Assembly: GCA_902778125.1 (NCBI GenBank)
Contig: CACYWH010000005.1
Coordinates: 6,101 to 70,100 of the forward strand
Reading direction: 5' to 3'
DNA: 64,000 nucleotides
DNA from: an uncultured Erysipelotrichaceae bacterium
GTDB lineage: Bacteria; Bacillota_I; Bacilli_A; RF39; UBA660
The notes beneath the pieces are model-generated. The model saw only the letters and a list, made by a program, of their open reading frames with translations, did no database searches and was not told the DNA's origin. The position numbers were made by a program, and so were the translations under genes. Shown here piece by piece: positions 18,961 to 29,728 of this stretch (position 1 is the stretch's first letter; each line of letters starts with the position of its first letter).

Positions 18961-20382
18961 ATGAGTAAATATAATGTAAGAATATTTATATGTAGTATAC
19001 TTAGTGTATTTGTCATTTTATTTATGATTGTATCTACTTATGCTTACTTTAATAATGGAAAAAAAGACAGTGATAACTTAAATAATAATATTGAAGTTAC
19101 ATATGATGGAACTAGTAATTTAACTTTGGTTAATGCTAAAAGTGATGAAACTTTAACTAAAACTTGGAGAGTAAAAAATTTAACAACCAGTACTTTATAT
19201 TTAAATATTTCTTTAAAGGATATTATAAATAATTTTAATGAAAATGGATTAGTTTATTCACTGTATAGTGAAAATAAAGTGGATATACAATCTGCAAATA
19301 TAAGTAATGATAATTCTTTAATAGCATCAAATGTTGAACTTAATTCAAATGAAACAATTGATTTTAAATTAACTATTCAGGTTTTAGATAACAATAAAGA
19401 AAATAATACATTTTCTTCATCTATTGATATAGATGTATTGTCTGAATCAAATGCCGCTATAAAAGACTCATTATTTTATAAAATTATAACAAATAATGAG
19501 GCCGTTTCTGATAAAGATTTAGTCTATGATGATATATCTAGTGAAGGATTATTTTGGACAAATAAAACTACTGATGGTGGCAGAGTATATTTCTTTAGAG
19601 GAAGTAATAATTTAAATAATAATGTAAAAATGGGCGATATGTGCTTTAAAATCATTAGAACTAATGAAGATAATACAGTTAAACTAATATATAATGGACA
19701 ATTTAATAATCAAGCATGTGATGGTACTAATAATATAGTTTCAGTATCTTCATTTAATAATAGTTCAAATTATAATGCTTATGTTGGTTATGTATATGGT
19801 AGTCCTAATAGCAATAATTATGAAAGTGAGCATAAGAATATTAACTCAAGTACAATTAAAACTATAGTTAATGATTTTTATGAAAAAAAATTATTAAATT
19901 ATTCTAAAATAATAACTGATTCTTCATATTGTAGTAATAGAAAGGTTGCAAGTTTCACATATAATAGTGTAAAATATGATACGTTCGGCTTCAAAAATTA
20001 TAATTCTGGATACGAATCTATGCAAAACTTTATAAATAGCAAACCGAATTATAAATGTGTATTATCAAATGATAATTTAAAGTCAGCAAACTTATCATAT
20101 CCTGTTGGTTTAATTACAATGGATGAAGTAATGTTTGCAGGATTAAATGGAAAGATTGATAATAAAAACAATTATCTTTATTCAAAAGATGGATATTGGA
20201 CAATGACACCTGCATATTATGATGGTATAAATGCATATAATTTTGCTGTAAGTAATAATGGAAGAATTATTGATACCAAAGTAAATACTGAATATGGTGT
20301 AAGGCCTGTCATAACTATAAAGAATGATGCAATTGTCATATCCGGAAGTGGAACAAGTATAGATCCATATATCTTGGATTAG
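18961..20382 (+). CDS. Secreted protein with SipW-dependent-type signal peptide (..STYAYFNN..) and a C-terminal domain ending GVRPVITIK
   Basis: AGGAGAG RBS before ATG 18961. TM then TYAYF, as in TasA/SipW substrates. LTLVNAKSDETLTKTWRVKNLTTS is camelysin-like. The C-terminal YWTMTP...GVRPVI pattern resembles DUF6273-type domains. Confidence 0.55.
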   Translation: MSKYNVRIFICSILSVFVILFMIVSTYAYFNNGKKDSDNLNNNIEVTYDGTSNLTLVNAKSDETLTKTWRVKNLTTSTLYLNISLKDIINNFNENGLVYSLYSENKVDIQSANISNDNSLIASNVELNSNETIDFKLTIQVLDNNKENNTFSSSIDIDVLSESNAAIKDSLFYKIITNNEAVSDKDLVYDDISSEGLFWTNKTTDGGRVYFFRGSNNLNNNVKMGDMCFKIIRTNEDNTVKLIYNGQFNNQACDGTNNIVSVSSFNNSSNYNAYVGYVYGSPNSNNYESEHKNINSSTIKTIVNDFYEKKLLNYSKIITDSSYCSNRKVASFTYNSVKYDTFGFKNYNSGYESMQNFINSKPNYKCVLSNDNLKSANLSYPVGLITMDEVMFAGLNGKIDNKNNYLYSKDGYWTMTPAYYDGINAYNFAVSNNGRIIDTKVNTEYGVRPVITIKNDAIVISGSGTSIDPYILD

Positions 20383-20391
20383 GAGGTTATA

Positions 20392-21063
20392 ATGATTACT
20401 ATAGTAGATGCTCTTATTGTTATTTGTTTGATACTAGGCATTATGTCAGGTATGAGAAGAGGGATGATAAAGGAAATAGTTTTATTAGTTGGATTAATTA
20501 TTTCACTTGTAATATCATTTGCTTTAAGAACTCCTATCGCAACATTTATGTATGAAACATTACCATTTTTTTCATTTCATGGTGATTATAGTGGAGTTAC
20601 AATTCTTAATATCTTACTATATGAAGCAATTGCATTCTTAATTATATTTTCTTTAATATATTTGGTACTTAGAATAATATTAAAAATAACTGGTATAATA
20701 GAATCTATATTAAAAGCAACAATAATATTAGGTTTCTTTTCTAAAATTGGTGGTGCAATATTAGGATTTATAGAAGCATATGTTATAGTATTTATTGTAT
20801 TATTTATTATGAGTCAACCATTTATAAATATTGATATTATTAATAATTCTATAGTTGTACAGAAAATATTAGATTCGACTCCTATAATGAGTAGTACTAT
20901 TAAAGATACTAGACAAGCAATTGGTGAAGTGTATGAACTTACTGAAGAATATAGGACAGATAAAAAGAAATTTAATGAGGAGACTATTAAACTATTCTTA
21001 AAATATAATATAATAACAGAAGAAAATGTAGAAATATTAAGAAAGAAAGGAAAAATAGATTAA
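20392..21063 (+). CDS. cvpA: CvpA family membrane protein
   Basis: MITIVDALIVICLILGIMSGMRRG start, four TM helices, soluble C-terminal tail. Typical CvpA layout. Confidence 0.6.
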   Translation: MITIVDALIVICLILGIMSGMRRGMIKEIVLLVGLIISLVISFALRTPIATFMYETLPFFSFHGDYSGVTILNILLYEAIAFLIIFSLIYLVLRIILKITGIIESILKATIILGFFSKIGGAILGFIEAYVIVFIVLFIMSQPFINIDIINNSIVVQKILDSTPIMSSTIKDTRQAIGEVYELTEEYRTDKKKFNEETIKLFLKYNIITEENVEILRKKGKID

Positions 21064-21365
21064 TGATACATTTAGAAAAAGAAGATTTTAATGAATTAAT
21101 TAGTAATGGATTTCATTTAGTAGATTTTTATGCTGAATGGTGTGGCCCATGTAAAATGTTAGCGCCAATTTTAGAAGAAATGGCTGATAACGTTGATATA
21201 ATTAAAGTAAATGTAGATGAGCATGAGGATTTAGCCAGAGAATATGGTGTAATGAGTATTCCTACGCTTATTTTCTTTAAAGATGGAAATATCTTAAAAG
21301 AAGAAGTTGGATTTCATTCTAAAGAAGAATTAGAAGAAATTATTAAAGAACTAAATAGAGACTAA
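21063..21365 (+). CDS. trxA: Thioredoxin
   Basis: WCGPCK active site, 100 aa, TAATG overlap with cvpA. Confidence 0.9.
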   Translation: MIHLEKEDFNELISNGFHLVDFYAEWCGPCKMLAPILEEMADNVDIIKVNVDEHEDLAREYGVMSIPTLIFFKDGNILKEEVGFHSKEELEEIIKELNRD

Positions 21366-21389
21366 TGTCTCTTTTAATTTATAAAATAA

Positions 21390-21418
21390 TTGACTAAAAT
21401 AAATTATAATAATATAAT
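21390..21418 (+). promoter_or_regulatory. Consensus sigma-A promoter
   Basis: TTGACT (21390-21395), 17-nt spacer, TATAAT (21413-21418). Confidence 0.65.
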
Positions 21419-21438
21419 ATATCTTAATTAGGGGGGAA

Positions 21439-22116
21439 ATGAGTATGCTATTAAATATTTATTTATCTAGTGTTCTTTTTTCATTATTACCAAAAGCTAT
21501 AATTAGAACTATAAATGATATTAAATTAAAAAGAGATGGATTATATTTGAAAAAATACAAAGGTGCTTTTAAAGATGAACTTATCTCTTTTTCTTCAGAG
21601 TTTATACCATCTATAATACCTGGCTTAAATATAATTAGTGGATTTAAATCAATTAGGGAGTTAATTTTTATTAAATATACTTATATGCTTTATAAAACTC
21701 GTTTGATATTATATGATCAAGTTTGTTATAAAAATAGGGATTTGACAGAAGACGATGTATATGAGGAATTCAAAAACATACAGGATAATGTTTTAGAGGG
21801 GCTTGATGTCGACCCTGAAATTGATGATATATTAATAAAAACAGAGGAAATAAATAATTTAATTTTTTACTTACATAAAAATCATGTTAGTATTGATAAA
21901 GATTTAAGTGAAATGAGTGATGATCAAGTATTATATTATTTAAGGAGTCTTAAAGAAACATTTGAACATGAAAACAGTCCAACAATAGAGAAAGAAACTA
22001 CAGAAGAAATAAAAGGAGAAACAACTGAAGAAAAGATACAACGTTTAAGAAAAGAAAAAGAAGATATAATTAATTATACAAAAGATGAAAGTGAAAAAAA
22101 ATTAATAAAGAAATAA
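21439..22116 (+). CDS. Hypothetical protein, hydrophobic N-terminus and acidic coiled-coil C-terminus
   Basis: GGGGGG RBS. No recognised motif. Confidence 0.5.
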   Translation: MSMLLNIYLSSVLFSLLPKAIIRTINDIKLKRDGLYLKKYKGAFKDELISFSSEFIPSIIPGLNIISGFKSIRELIFIKYTYMLYKTRLILYDQVCYKNRDLTEDDVYEEFKNIQDNVLEGLDVDPEIDDILIKTEEINNLIFYLHKNHVSIDKDLSEMSDDQVLYYLRSLKETFEHENSPTIEKETTEEIKGETTEEKIQRLRKEKEDIINYTKDESEKKLIKK

Positions 22117-22126
22117 GAGGTTTATT

Positions 22127-22564
22127 ATGGAAAGAATAAATTTGAATAAAGATATTAATTGTATAGATAGATTTTGCAAAACATTAGAACTTGGAATAAT
22201 ATCTACGATAGCATATATTCCAAAAGATATTAATGCCCGTGAAATAAGTTTATCTGTTTTAGCACAATTGAATGAAACATCTTTAAAATTAAATAAATTA
22301 GTAACTATGTTAAAGAAAACAGTAGATACTGCTAAAAAAGATTTAAATGACGTTGCATCAAATTTAGATGAAATTGATGATTTATCAGAAAGAATGTTTA
22401 CTAGATTAAAACTTAATCTATATAATTTTAGAGTTGCTAAATTAGATATATTAATATTAGAAGCTTGTGCTTATATTAATTATATAAATGATATAGATTT
22501 TATTCGTAATAGAGATGAAGAAGATATTACTTTAAGTTATACATTTCATGATAGAGAAAATTAA
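22127..22564 (+). CDS. Hypothetical protein
   Basis: AGAGG RBS, 10 nt after the previous stop. No recognised motif. Confidence 0.45.
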   Translation: MERINLNKDINCIDRFCKTLELGIISTIAYIPKDINAREISLSVLAQLNETSLKLNKLVTMLKKTVDTAKKDLNDVASNLDEIDDLSERMFTRLKLNLYNFRVAKLDILILEACAYINYINDIDFIRNRDEEDITLSYTFHDREN

Positions 22565-22585
22565 GAGTTTAAAAAACTCTTTTTA
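22563..22585 (+). terminator. Rho-independent terminator
   Basis: AAGAGTTT-aaa-AAACTCTT hairpin followed by TTTT. Confidence 0.6.
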
Positions 22586-22646
22586 TATGCTATAATTTAA
22601 AAGAAAAAAGAGGTGAATCGCTAGGCTGTATTCCTAGTGGATATTT

Positions 22647-24811
<2,165 letters not shown>

Positions 24812-24819
24812 AAATCATA

Positions 24820-25132
24820 TTAATTATGATTTTTTATTTGTACTCCTAGTATTCCACCTGTAACTGAAGTGGCAATTAATGTTAAAAAGTAAACTAATTT
24901 AGAGAATGTATATTTATCTATTATTAAAGTAATTATACTAAATATGATAATTAATATTAGTGATATTAAAAAACCGTTTAAATAGCCTTTATTTCTCTCT
25001 AAAATGTATTATACTAAGTACATTGTAAGATAATAATTCATAGTATGTTATTAATGAAATAATTATTAAATAAAAACTTAAAATAATAAAAAACATTAAA
25101 TAGCACTTTAAATAATTATAAATTTTATTCAT
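24820..25132 (-). pseudogene. Small (~105 aa) 3-TM membrane protein gene split by a frameshift (or two tiny overlapping ORFs)
   Basis: AGGTGA RBS plus ATG 25132 opens a 47-codon hydrophobic ORF that stops at 24989-24991. A second hydrophobic ORF in the +1 frame (YILERNKGYLNGFLISLILIIIFS...GGILGVQIKNHN) runs 25005-24820 without an ATG. Confidence 0.3.
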
Positions 25133-25204
25133 TTAAATCACCTAATTAATTATATTTGTGTTTAAAAAATATATGAATTAAACATAATAATATTAGGTGA
25201 TATA

Positions 25205-25855
25205 ATGGATTTAATTTATGTGATTATTAGAACAGTTTTTTTCTATTTATTTGTCCTCGTCATTTTTAGAATTATGGGAAAGAGAGAAATTGGAAAATTA
25301 TCTATTCAAGATTTAGTTGTAAGTCTCTTAATAGCGGAACTTGTAGCTATTAGTATTGAAAATTATAAAGATTCTATGATGCTTACTATAATTCCAATAA
25401 TAATTTTATTATTCTTTGAAATTACTGCCGGATTTCTATCTTTAAAATTTAATAAGTTTAGAAATCTAATGGATGGGAAGCCTTCATTAATTATAAATAG
25501 GGGAATTATCAATTATAAGGAGATGGTTAAGCAAAGATATACTCTTGATGATTTATTACTTGAATTAAGAAGTAATGGTATTAAAAATTTAAAAGACGTT
25601 GAATATGCTGTATTAGAAAATAATGGTAAACTTAATATATTTAAATATAACTTCTTAAGTACTGAAAATGCTAATCCATTTCCATTAATATTAGATGGCA
25701 TAATTCAAAAAGATACTCTTAGCTATATTGATAAAGATGAAAAATGGTTAAAAAAATATTTAAAAGATAATGATTTAAAGATAGAAGAAATATTTTATTC
25801 TTTTTTTAAAAATAATAAAATATATGTTATTAAAAGAAATGAATTATTAAGATAA
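25205..25855 (+). CDS. DUF421 (YetF-like) membrane protein
   Basis: RIMGKREIGKLSIQDLVVSLLIAE motif, 3 N-terminal TM helices plus a soluble C-terminal domain. Confidence 0.7.
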   Translation: MDLIYVIIRTVFFYLFVLVIFRIMGKREIGKLSIQDLVVSLLIAELVAISIENYKDSMMLTIIPIIILLFFEITAGFLSLKFNKFRNLMDGKPSLIINRGIINYKEMVKQRYTLDDLLLELRSNGIKNLKDVEYAVLENNGKLNIFKYNFLSTENANPFPLILDGIIQKDTLSYIDKDEKWLKKYLKDNDLKIEEIFYSFFKNNKIYVIKRNELLR

Positions 25856-27148
25856 CACTTTTCTAATTTCTCTATAATACATATAAGTTGATGTTATGAG
25901 ATTAATTATTATTGAAATTACTAAACTATACATACCAACTTTTAATAATGAAAATATTGCTATAGAAAGTAATCTTATAATTGATGTTATTATAGTACAT
26001 TTCATTGCTTCAGCACTTTTGCCTAATGCTTGTAGTGCGTTTATTAATGGATATTCTGCATAAAATAATATTGTAAAAGGGCTTAATAGTCTTATATAAT
26101 CAATACCTTCTGTTGTATGATAAAGTATATTTAAGAAAAATTCTGGAAAAATTGTTATTATTATAGTAGAAATACCACCAATAGCACACGAAAGTAAAAG
26201 TATTTGTTTTATTCTTTTATAACATAGTTTCTTATTACCATTACTATAGTGTTTAGATAATTCTGGAACTAATGATGTGGCCATGTTTTGAGTAAAAAAT
26301 TGTGGCATTAATAATAAAGAAAGTGCATATGCATTTATAACTCCATATTCATAGACTATGTATTGTTTTGTATATCCAACATATAATAATATATTAGTTA
26401 AGATTATAGGCTCTAAAAAATATGCAATAGAACCAATTATTTTACTAAATGTAGCTGGAATACTTATTTTTAATACACTTTTGATATCATCAAAATTAAT
26501 TTTGAAATTTATTGATTGTAAACTTTTCTTAGGGAAAAATAATATCATAACAATTTGAGATATTACTTCACATATAGCGTTTACGATGATTATAAAACAT
26601 ATTGTATGAATAATACTCTTCTCAATAAAATAATTAATAAATAATACAATTAAAAATAATCTAGATAATTGCTCTATAAAATTAGAAAGCATATATGGAA
26701 ACATATGCTGTTTTCCCCAAAAGTATCCTTTAATAATTGATGATACACTAATAAATGGAACAGTTAATCCTAAACATATTATCGGATAATATAAATCTTC
26801 ATTTTTAAGTAAGTTATTCGCTAAAAAAGGTGAAATAATAACTATAATAATAAATACTATAATGCCTAAAAAAATAAATAATGGCAATAAAGACAATATT
26901 ATTGATTTAGAATTAGATCCTTTTTCTGATATTACTTTTGATATTGCGGTTGGAAGAGAAAATGTTGCAATAACAGTTAAAAAGGATGAAGTAGGTGATA
27001 ATAAACTAAAAAGGCCCATACCTTCTGTTTTTAAATATCTAGTTATAATAATTCTTAATATAAATCCAACTAGTTTACCTAAAACTCCTCCAAATAACAA
27101 AACTAGGGTAGATTTTAAAAAAATATTATTTTTAATTTTATTAAACAT
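25847..27148 (-). CDS. MOP-superfamily oligosaccharide/lipid II flippase (SpoVB/MurJ-like polysaccharide biosynthesis protein)
   Basis: 433 aa, ~12 TM. N-terminal LKSTLVLLFGGVLGKLVGFILRIIITRYLKTEGMGLF is typical of SpoVB-type flippases. Confidence 0.65.
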   Translation of the reverse strand: MFNKIKNNIFLKSTLVLLFGGVLGKLVGFILRIIITRYLKTEGMGLFSLLSPTSSFLTVIATFSLPTAISKVISEKGSNSKSIILSLLPLFIFLGIIVFIIIVIISPFLANNLLKNEDLYYPIICLGLTVPFISVSSIIKGYFWGKQHMFPYMLSNFIEQLSRLFLIVLFINYFIEKSIIHTICFIIIVNAICEVISQIVMILFFPKKSLQSINFKINFDDIKSVLKISIPATFSKIIGSIAYFLEPIILTNILLYVGYTKQYIVYEYGVINAYALSLLLMPQFFTQNMATSLVPELSKHYSNGNKKLCYKRIKQILLLSCAIGGISTIIITIFPEFFLNILYHTTEGIDYIRLLSPFTILFYAEYPLINALQALGKSAEAMKCTIITSIIRLLSIAIFSLLKVGMYSLVISIIINLITSTYMYYREIRKVLS

Positions 27149-27206
27149 ATTTAATTATATGATTACATTTATAAAAATATATAAATAAAAATAACTACTT
27201 TTGTAG

Positions 27207-27986
27207 TTATTTTATTGTGAATTTTTTAAGTATTAAATTGTTATCTTCTAATTTAAATAAATATTCTGTGGTATTTAATTTGTCAATGTATTTATTAAAT
27301 TCTGAATTATCAATTGTCAATTTTGAATTTAAATCAACTTTCTTCTGAAAAATTTCATCACCATTAGCATTATAAAATATTGCAATATCATTGCCATCAT
27401 TATCCCAATCATATGAATAAAATAATTCTTTATACGATATTAGATATTCATTATTATTTAACACTTTATAATCTACTAATTTATTTTTAATTGCCACAAG
27501 TAATGAATCTATACTTTGCCCATTTTCAGTAGCAGTATATTTTTTAGTATCATTATTATAAATATATACATCATTTTCAGGATCACTTGGATCTTTATCA
27601 TTATTAAAGAATTGTTCGATATTTTCAAATTTTATTGAATAGTCTTTACCAAATATGCTCTTTAACTCGCTTAATATTTCATCAGAAGTATAATCATCAA
27701 TATATTTACCATTTTTATCATCTTTGAAATAAAATACAGCCATATCTAATTTTAATTGATTAGGCATATCATTAAGTTCAGTATCGGTAAGTAAAAATTC
27801 GTGCACATTAGATATTTTATTTAAAATTGTATTAGCTTTATCTGTTATTTCATTATCAATAGTAACGTTTTCATTACTACAATTAGGCACTCTTGTAAAT
27901 GCGATATAAACACCACATCCAAGTAACATTAAAGTTAATATTATAACTAGTGCAGTAAGATTTTTAATTCTTTTATCATATTCCAT
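27207..27986 (-). CDS. Hypothetical membrane-anchored extracytoplasmic protein
   Basis: AGGAG RBS 9 nt before ATG 27986, single N-terminal TM. No recognised motif. Confidence 0.5.
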   Translation of the reverse strand: MEYDKRIKNLTALVIILTLMLLGCGVYIAFTRVPNCSNENVTIDNEITDKANTILNKISNVHEFLLTDTELNDMPNQLKLDMAVFYFKDDKNGKYIDDYTSDEILSELKSIFGKDYSIKFENIEQFFNNDKDPSDPENDVYIYNNDTKKYTATENGQSIDSLLVAIKNKLVDYKVLNNNEYLISYKELFYSYDWDNDGNDIAIFYNANGDEIFQKKVDLNSKLTIDNSEFNKYIDKLNTTEYLFKLEDNNLILKKFTIK

Positions 27987-28081
27987 ATCTATCATCTCCT
28001 ATAGTAATTATAAATAATTAAATTATTAAAATCAATATATAACGTACTTTACAAAAAATGTGTCGAATTTTGTATATAGAC

Positions 28082-28110
28082 TTGTATAAATCAAAAGGGT
28101 ATGATAATAT
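28082..28110 (+). promoter_or_regulatory. Promoter of the 6S-like RNA
   Basis: TTGTAT (28082-28087), 17-nt spacer, TAATAT (28105-28110) with upstream TG (TGaTAATAT). Confidence 0.6.
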
Positions 28111-28117
28111 ATAATTA

Positions 28118-28283
28118 ACCTAGATGATAAATATAGACATAATCTCGGCTATGTAATATTATAGGGGGACTAATTAATATAAGGAGTTGAATATTGCCTT
28201 TGCGCAAGATCCCGAATATATTATGTGTCCTACCACTTGCGGGAACGCGAGCTTTATTACACTGTATTTACACTAGGCTTTTT
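28118..28283 (+). ncRNA. ssrS: Candidate 6S RNA (RNA polymerase-sequestering regulatory RNA)
   Basis: Non-coding GC-enriched island. Closing stem pairs 28119-28123/28273-28277, 28128-28136/28262-28270, 28140-28143/28256-28259 and 28144-28147/28248-28251. Central bubble is 16 nt (28150-28165) by 15 nt (28232-28246). Inner stem pairs 28166-28170/28227-28231 and 28175-28181/28217-28223, with an apical hairpin at 28191-28210 and a 3' U-run. It lies directly upstream of tcdA, as bsrA does relative to yrvM in B. subtilis. Confidence 0.6.
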
Positions 28284-28321
28284 TTATGGTAAAATATTTA
28301 AGCCTTTGGAGGAGGATATAT

Positions 28322-28999
28322 ATGAATCTTACTAGATTAGAAAGCTTAATTGGTGAAGAGAACATTAATAAAATTAAAAAGTTAAATATTCTTATAATTG
28401 GTCTTGGTGGAGTAGGAGGATACGCTATTGAATCTCTAATAAGATGCGGTGTTCAGAATATTACACTAGTAGATGGGGATACTATAAAACCTAGTAATAT
28501 TAATAGACAAATTATTGCAACTTCAAAAAATAATGATAAATATAAAACACGTGAGTGGAAAAAGAGAATTAAAAAAATAAATAAAAATGCTGTTGTTAAT
28601 ATTATAAATACGTATATAACAGATGATAATTTTGAATTATTATTTGGAGAAAAATATGATTATATTATTGATGCTTGTGATACCACTAAAGTTAAGGTAC
28701 GTCTTGTAAAAGAATGTCATGATAGAGGCATTAAATTAGTTTCATCTATGGGTACTGCTAATAAGATGGATGCGACAAAATTAATTATTACTACTTTAGA
28801 TAAAACCGAAACAGATCCTCTTGCTAAGAAAGTAAGAAAAGAACTTGGGACATATAAGGAATATATGAAAGATGTAACAGTTGTTACATCTACAGAAAAA
28901 GCAATAAATAATACTATGCTTGGTTCAACTGCATTTGTTCCTGGTGTTGCTGGTTTATTAATAACAAATTATATAATAAAAGATGTAACAAATATTTAG
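28322..28999 (+). CDS. tcdA: tRNA threonylcarbamoyladenosine dehydratase (ThiF/YgdL family)
   Basis: GGAGGAGG RBS before ATG 28322. Rossmann motif IIGLGGVGGYAIESL, DGD..KPSNINRQ, DACD motif. Confidence 0.8.
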   Translation: MNLTRLESLIGEENINKIKKLNILIIGLGGVGGYAIESLIRCGVQNITLVDGDTIKPSNINRQIIATSKNNDKYKTREWKKRIKKINKNAVVNIINTYITDDNFELLFGEKYDYIIDACDTTKVKVRLVKECHDRGIKLVSSMGTANKMDATKLIITTLDKTETDPLAKKVRKELGTYKEYMKDVTVVTSTEKAINNTMLGSTAFVPGVAGLLITNYIIKDVTNI

Positions 29000-29012
29000 T
29001 TACATCTTTTTT
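28981..29012. terminator. Bidirectional hairpin at the tcdA / 242-aa gene convergence
   Basis: AGATGTAAC-aaatattta-GTTACATCT hairpin followed by TTTTT. It spans both stop codons. Confidence 0.55.
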
Positions 29013-29728
29013 GTAAGTCCATTTAATGGTTCTAGTAATAGATTTTTATCTTCTAATTCTTTTCTAGAAATAATATTGCATTTACTACCTTTTTGCAAAA
29101 TATCATATGCATCATTAGCTGATATTTGTTTCATTTCTAGTTCTTTAGTACCTGTTTTAGTACTTAAAAATGAATTTAAATATATATATGCAAATTCAGG
29201 ATCTAGTATTGAATATCCATTATATAAAAAATATTCAATTTCTTCTATATCATAAGGATGGATAAAATAACCTGGATCAGGAGATCTTATTATAACATCA
29301 TGCTTTGTTATTTCATAATCTGGATTACATTTGTCATGTGTAAAAAATTGTCTATATGTTGGATCTAATAAATATTCCATTTTGACTGAATTACCATAAA
29401 GATCAGTGTTTAAATCCATTATTACAAAATGATTATCAATAACCCCTTTATCAAGTAAATGCTTTGTTGAACATACATGATGATTAATTCCTAAATCATA
29501 TAAATAATTACTAATTATTGATGCTGCAAGTAAATCTTTACCATTATAATCATCTTCATTAATATTATTTGATATTAATTGTCTAGTTTTAATACAAATA
29601 TTTTCAAGAAATATATCTACTTCATCTTCTGTAAGAGCATATTCATCTTTTATTTTATTTTCTAATCTTTTAATTATTGAGCTATCATATTCGTTTAAGT
29701 TTGGATTAGACTTCATGATAAATTTCAT
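29000..29728 (-). CDS. Hypothetical protein translationally coupled to rarA
   Basis: ATGA overlap with the rarA stop, AAGGAGG RBS embedded in the rarA 3' end. No confident motif. Confidence 0.5.
   Translation of the reverse strand: MKFIMKSNPNLNEYDSSIIKRLENKIKDEYALTEDEVDIFLENICIKTRQLISNNINEDDYNGKDLLAASIISNYLYDLGINHHVCSTKHLLDKGVIDNHFVIMDLNTDLYGNSVKMEYLLDPTYRQFFTHDKCNPDYEITKHDVIIRSPDPGYFIHPYDIEEIEYFLYNGYSILDPEFAYIYLNSFLSTKTGTKELEMKQISANDAYDILQKGSKCNIISRKELEDKNLLLEPLNGLTKKM

Noticed and set aside
22598-22646. preQ1-type riboswitch in the queA 5' leader (hairpin CTAGG-ctgtatt-CCTAG)
   Set aside because: preQ1 riboswitches control queCDEF or transporter genes rather than queA-tgt. The leader also lacks the conserved preQ1-I loop and A-rich tail pattern, so it is only a simple hairpin.
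28208-28231. dif-like string GATCCCGAATATATTATGTGTCC
   Set aside because: The spacer between the putative arms would be 4 nt rather than 6 nt, and the XerD arm is poor. The string sits inside the 6S-like RNA helix. A far better dif exists at 42165-42192.
28190-28250. T-box, riboswitch or SRP RNA interpretation of the GC-rich spacer upstream of tcdA
   Set aside because: There is no T-box consensus (AAnnnGGGUGGnACCGCG) on either strand, and the sequence contains ACCA rather than UGGN. There is no SRP domain IV symmetric-loop motif around the GGAA tetraloop. I found no match to the SAM, TPP, purine, c-di-GMP, c-di-AMP, fluoride or guanidine cores I could recall. The global closing-stem, bubble, stem fold fits 6S RNA much better.
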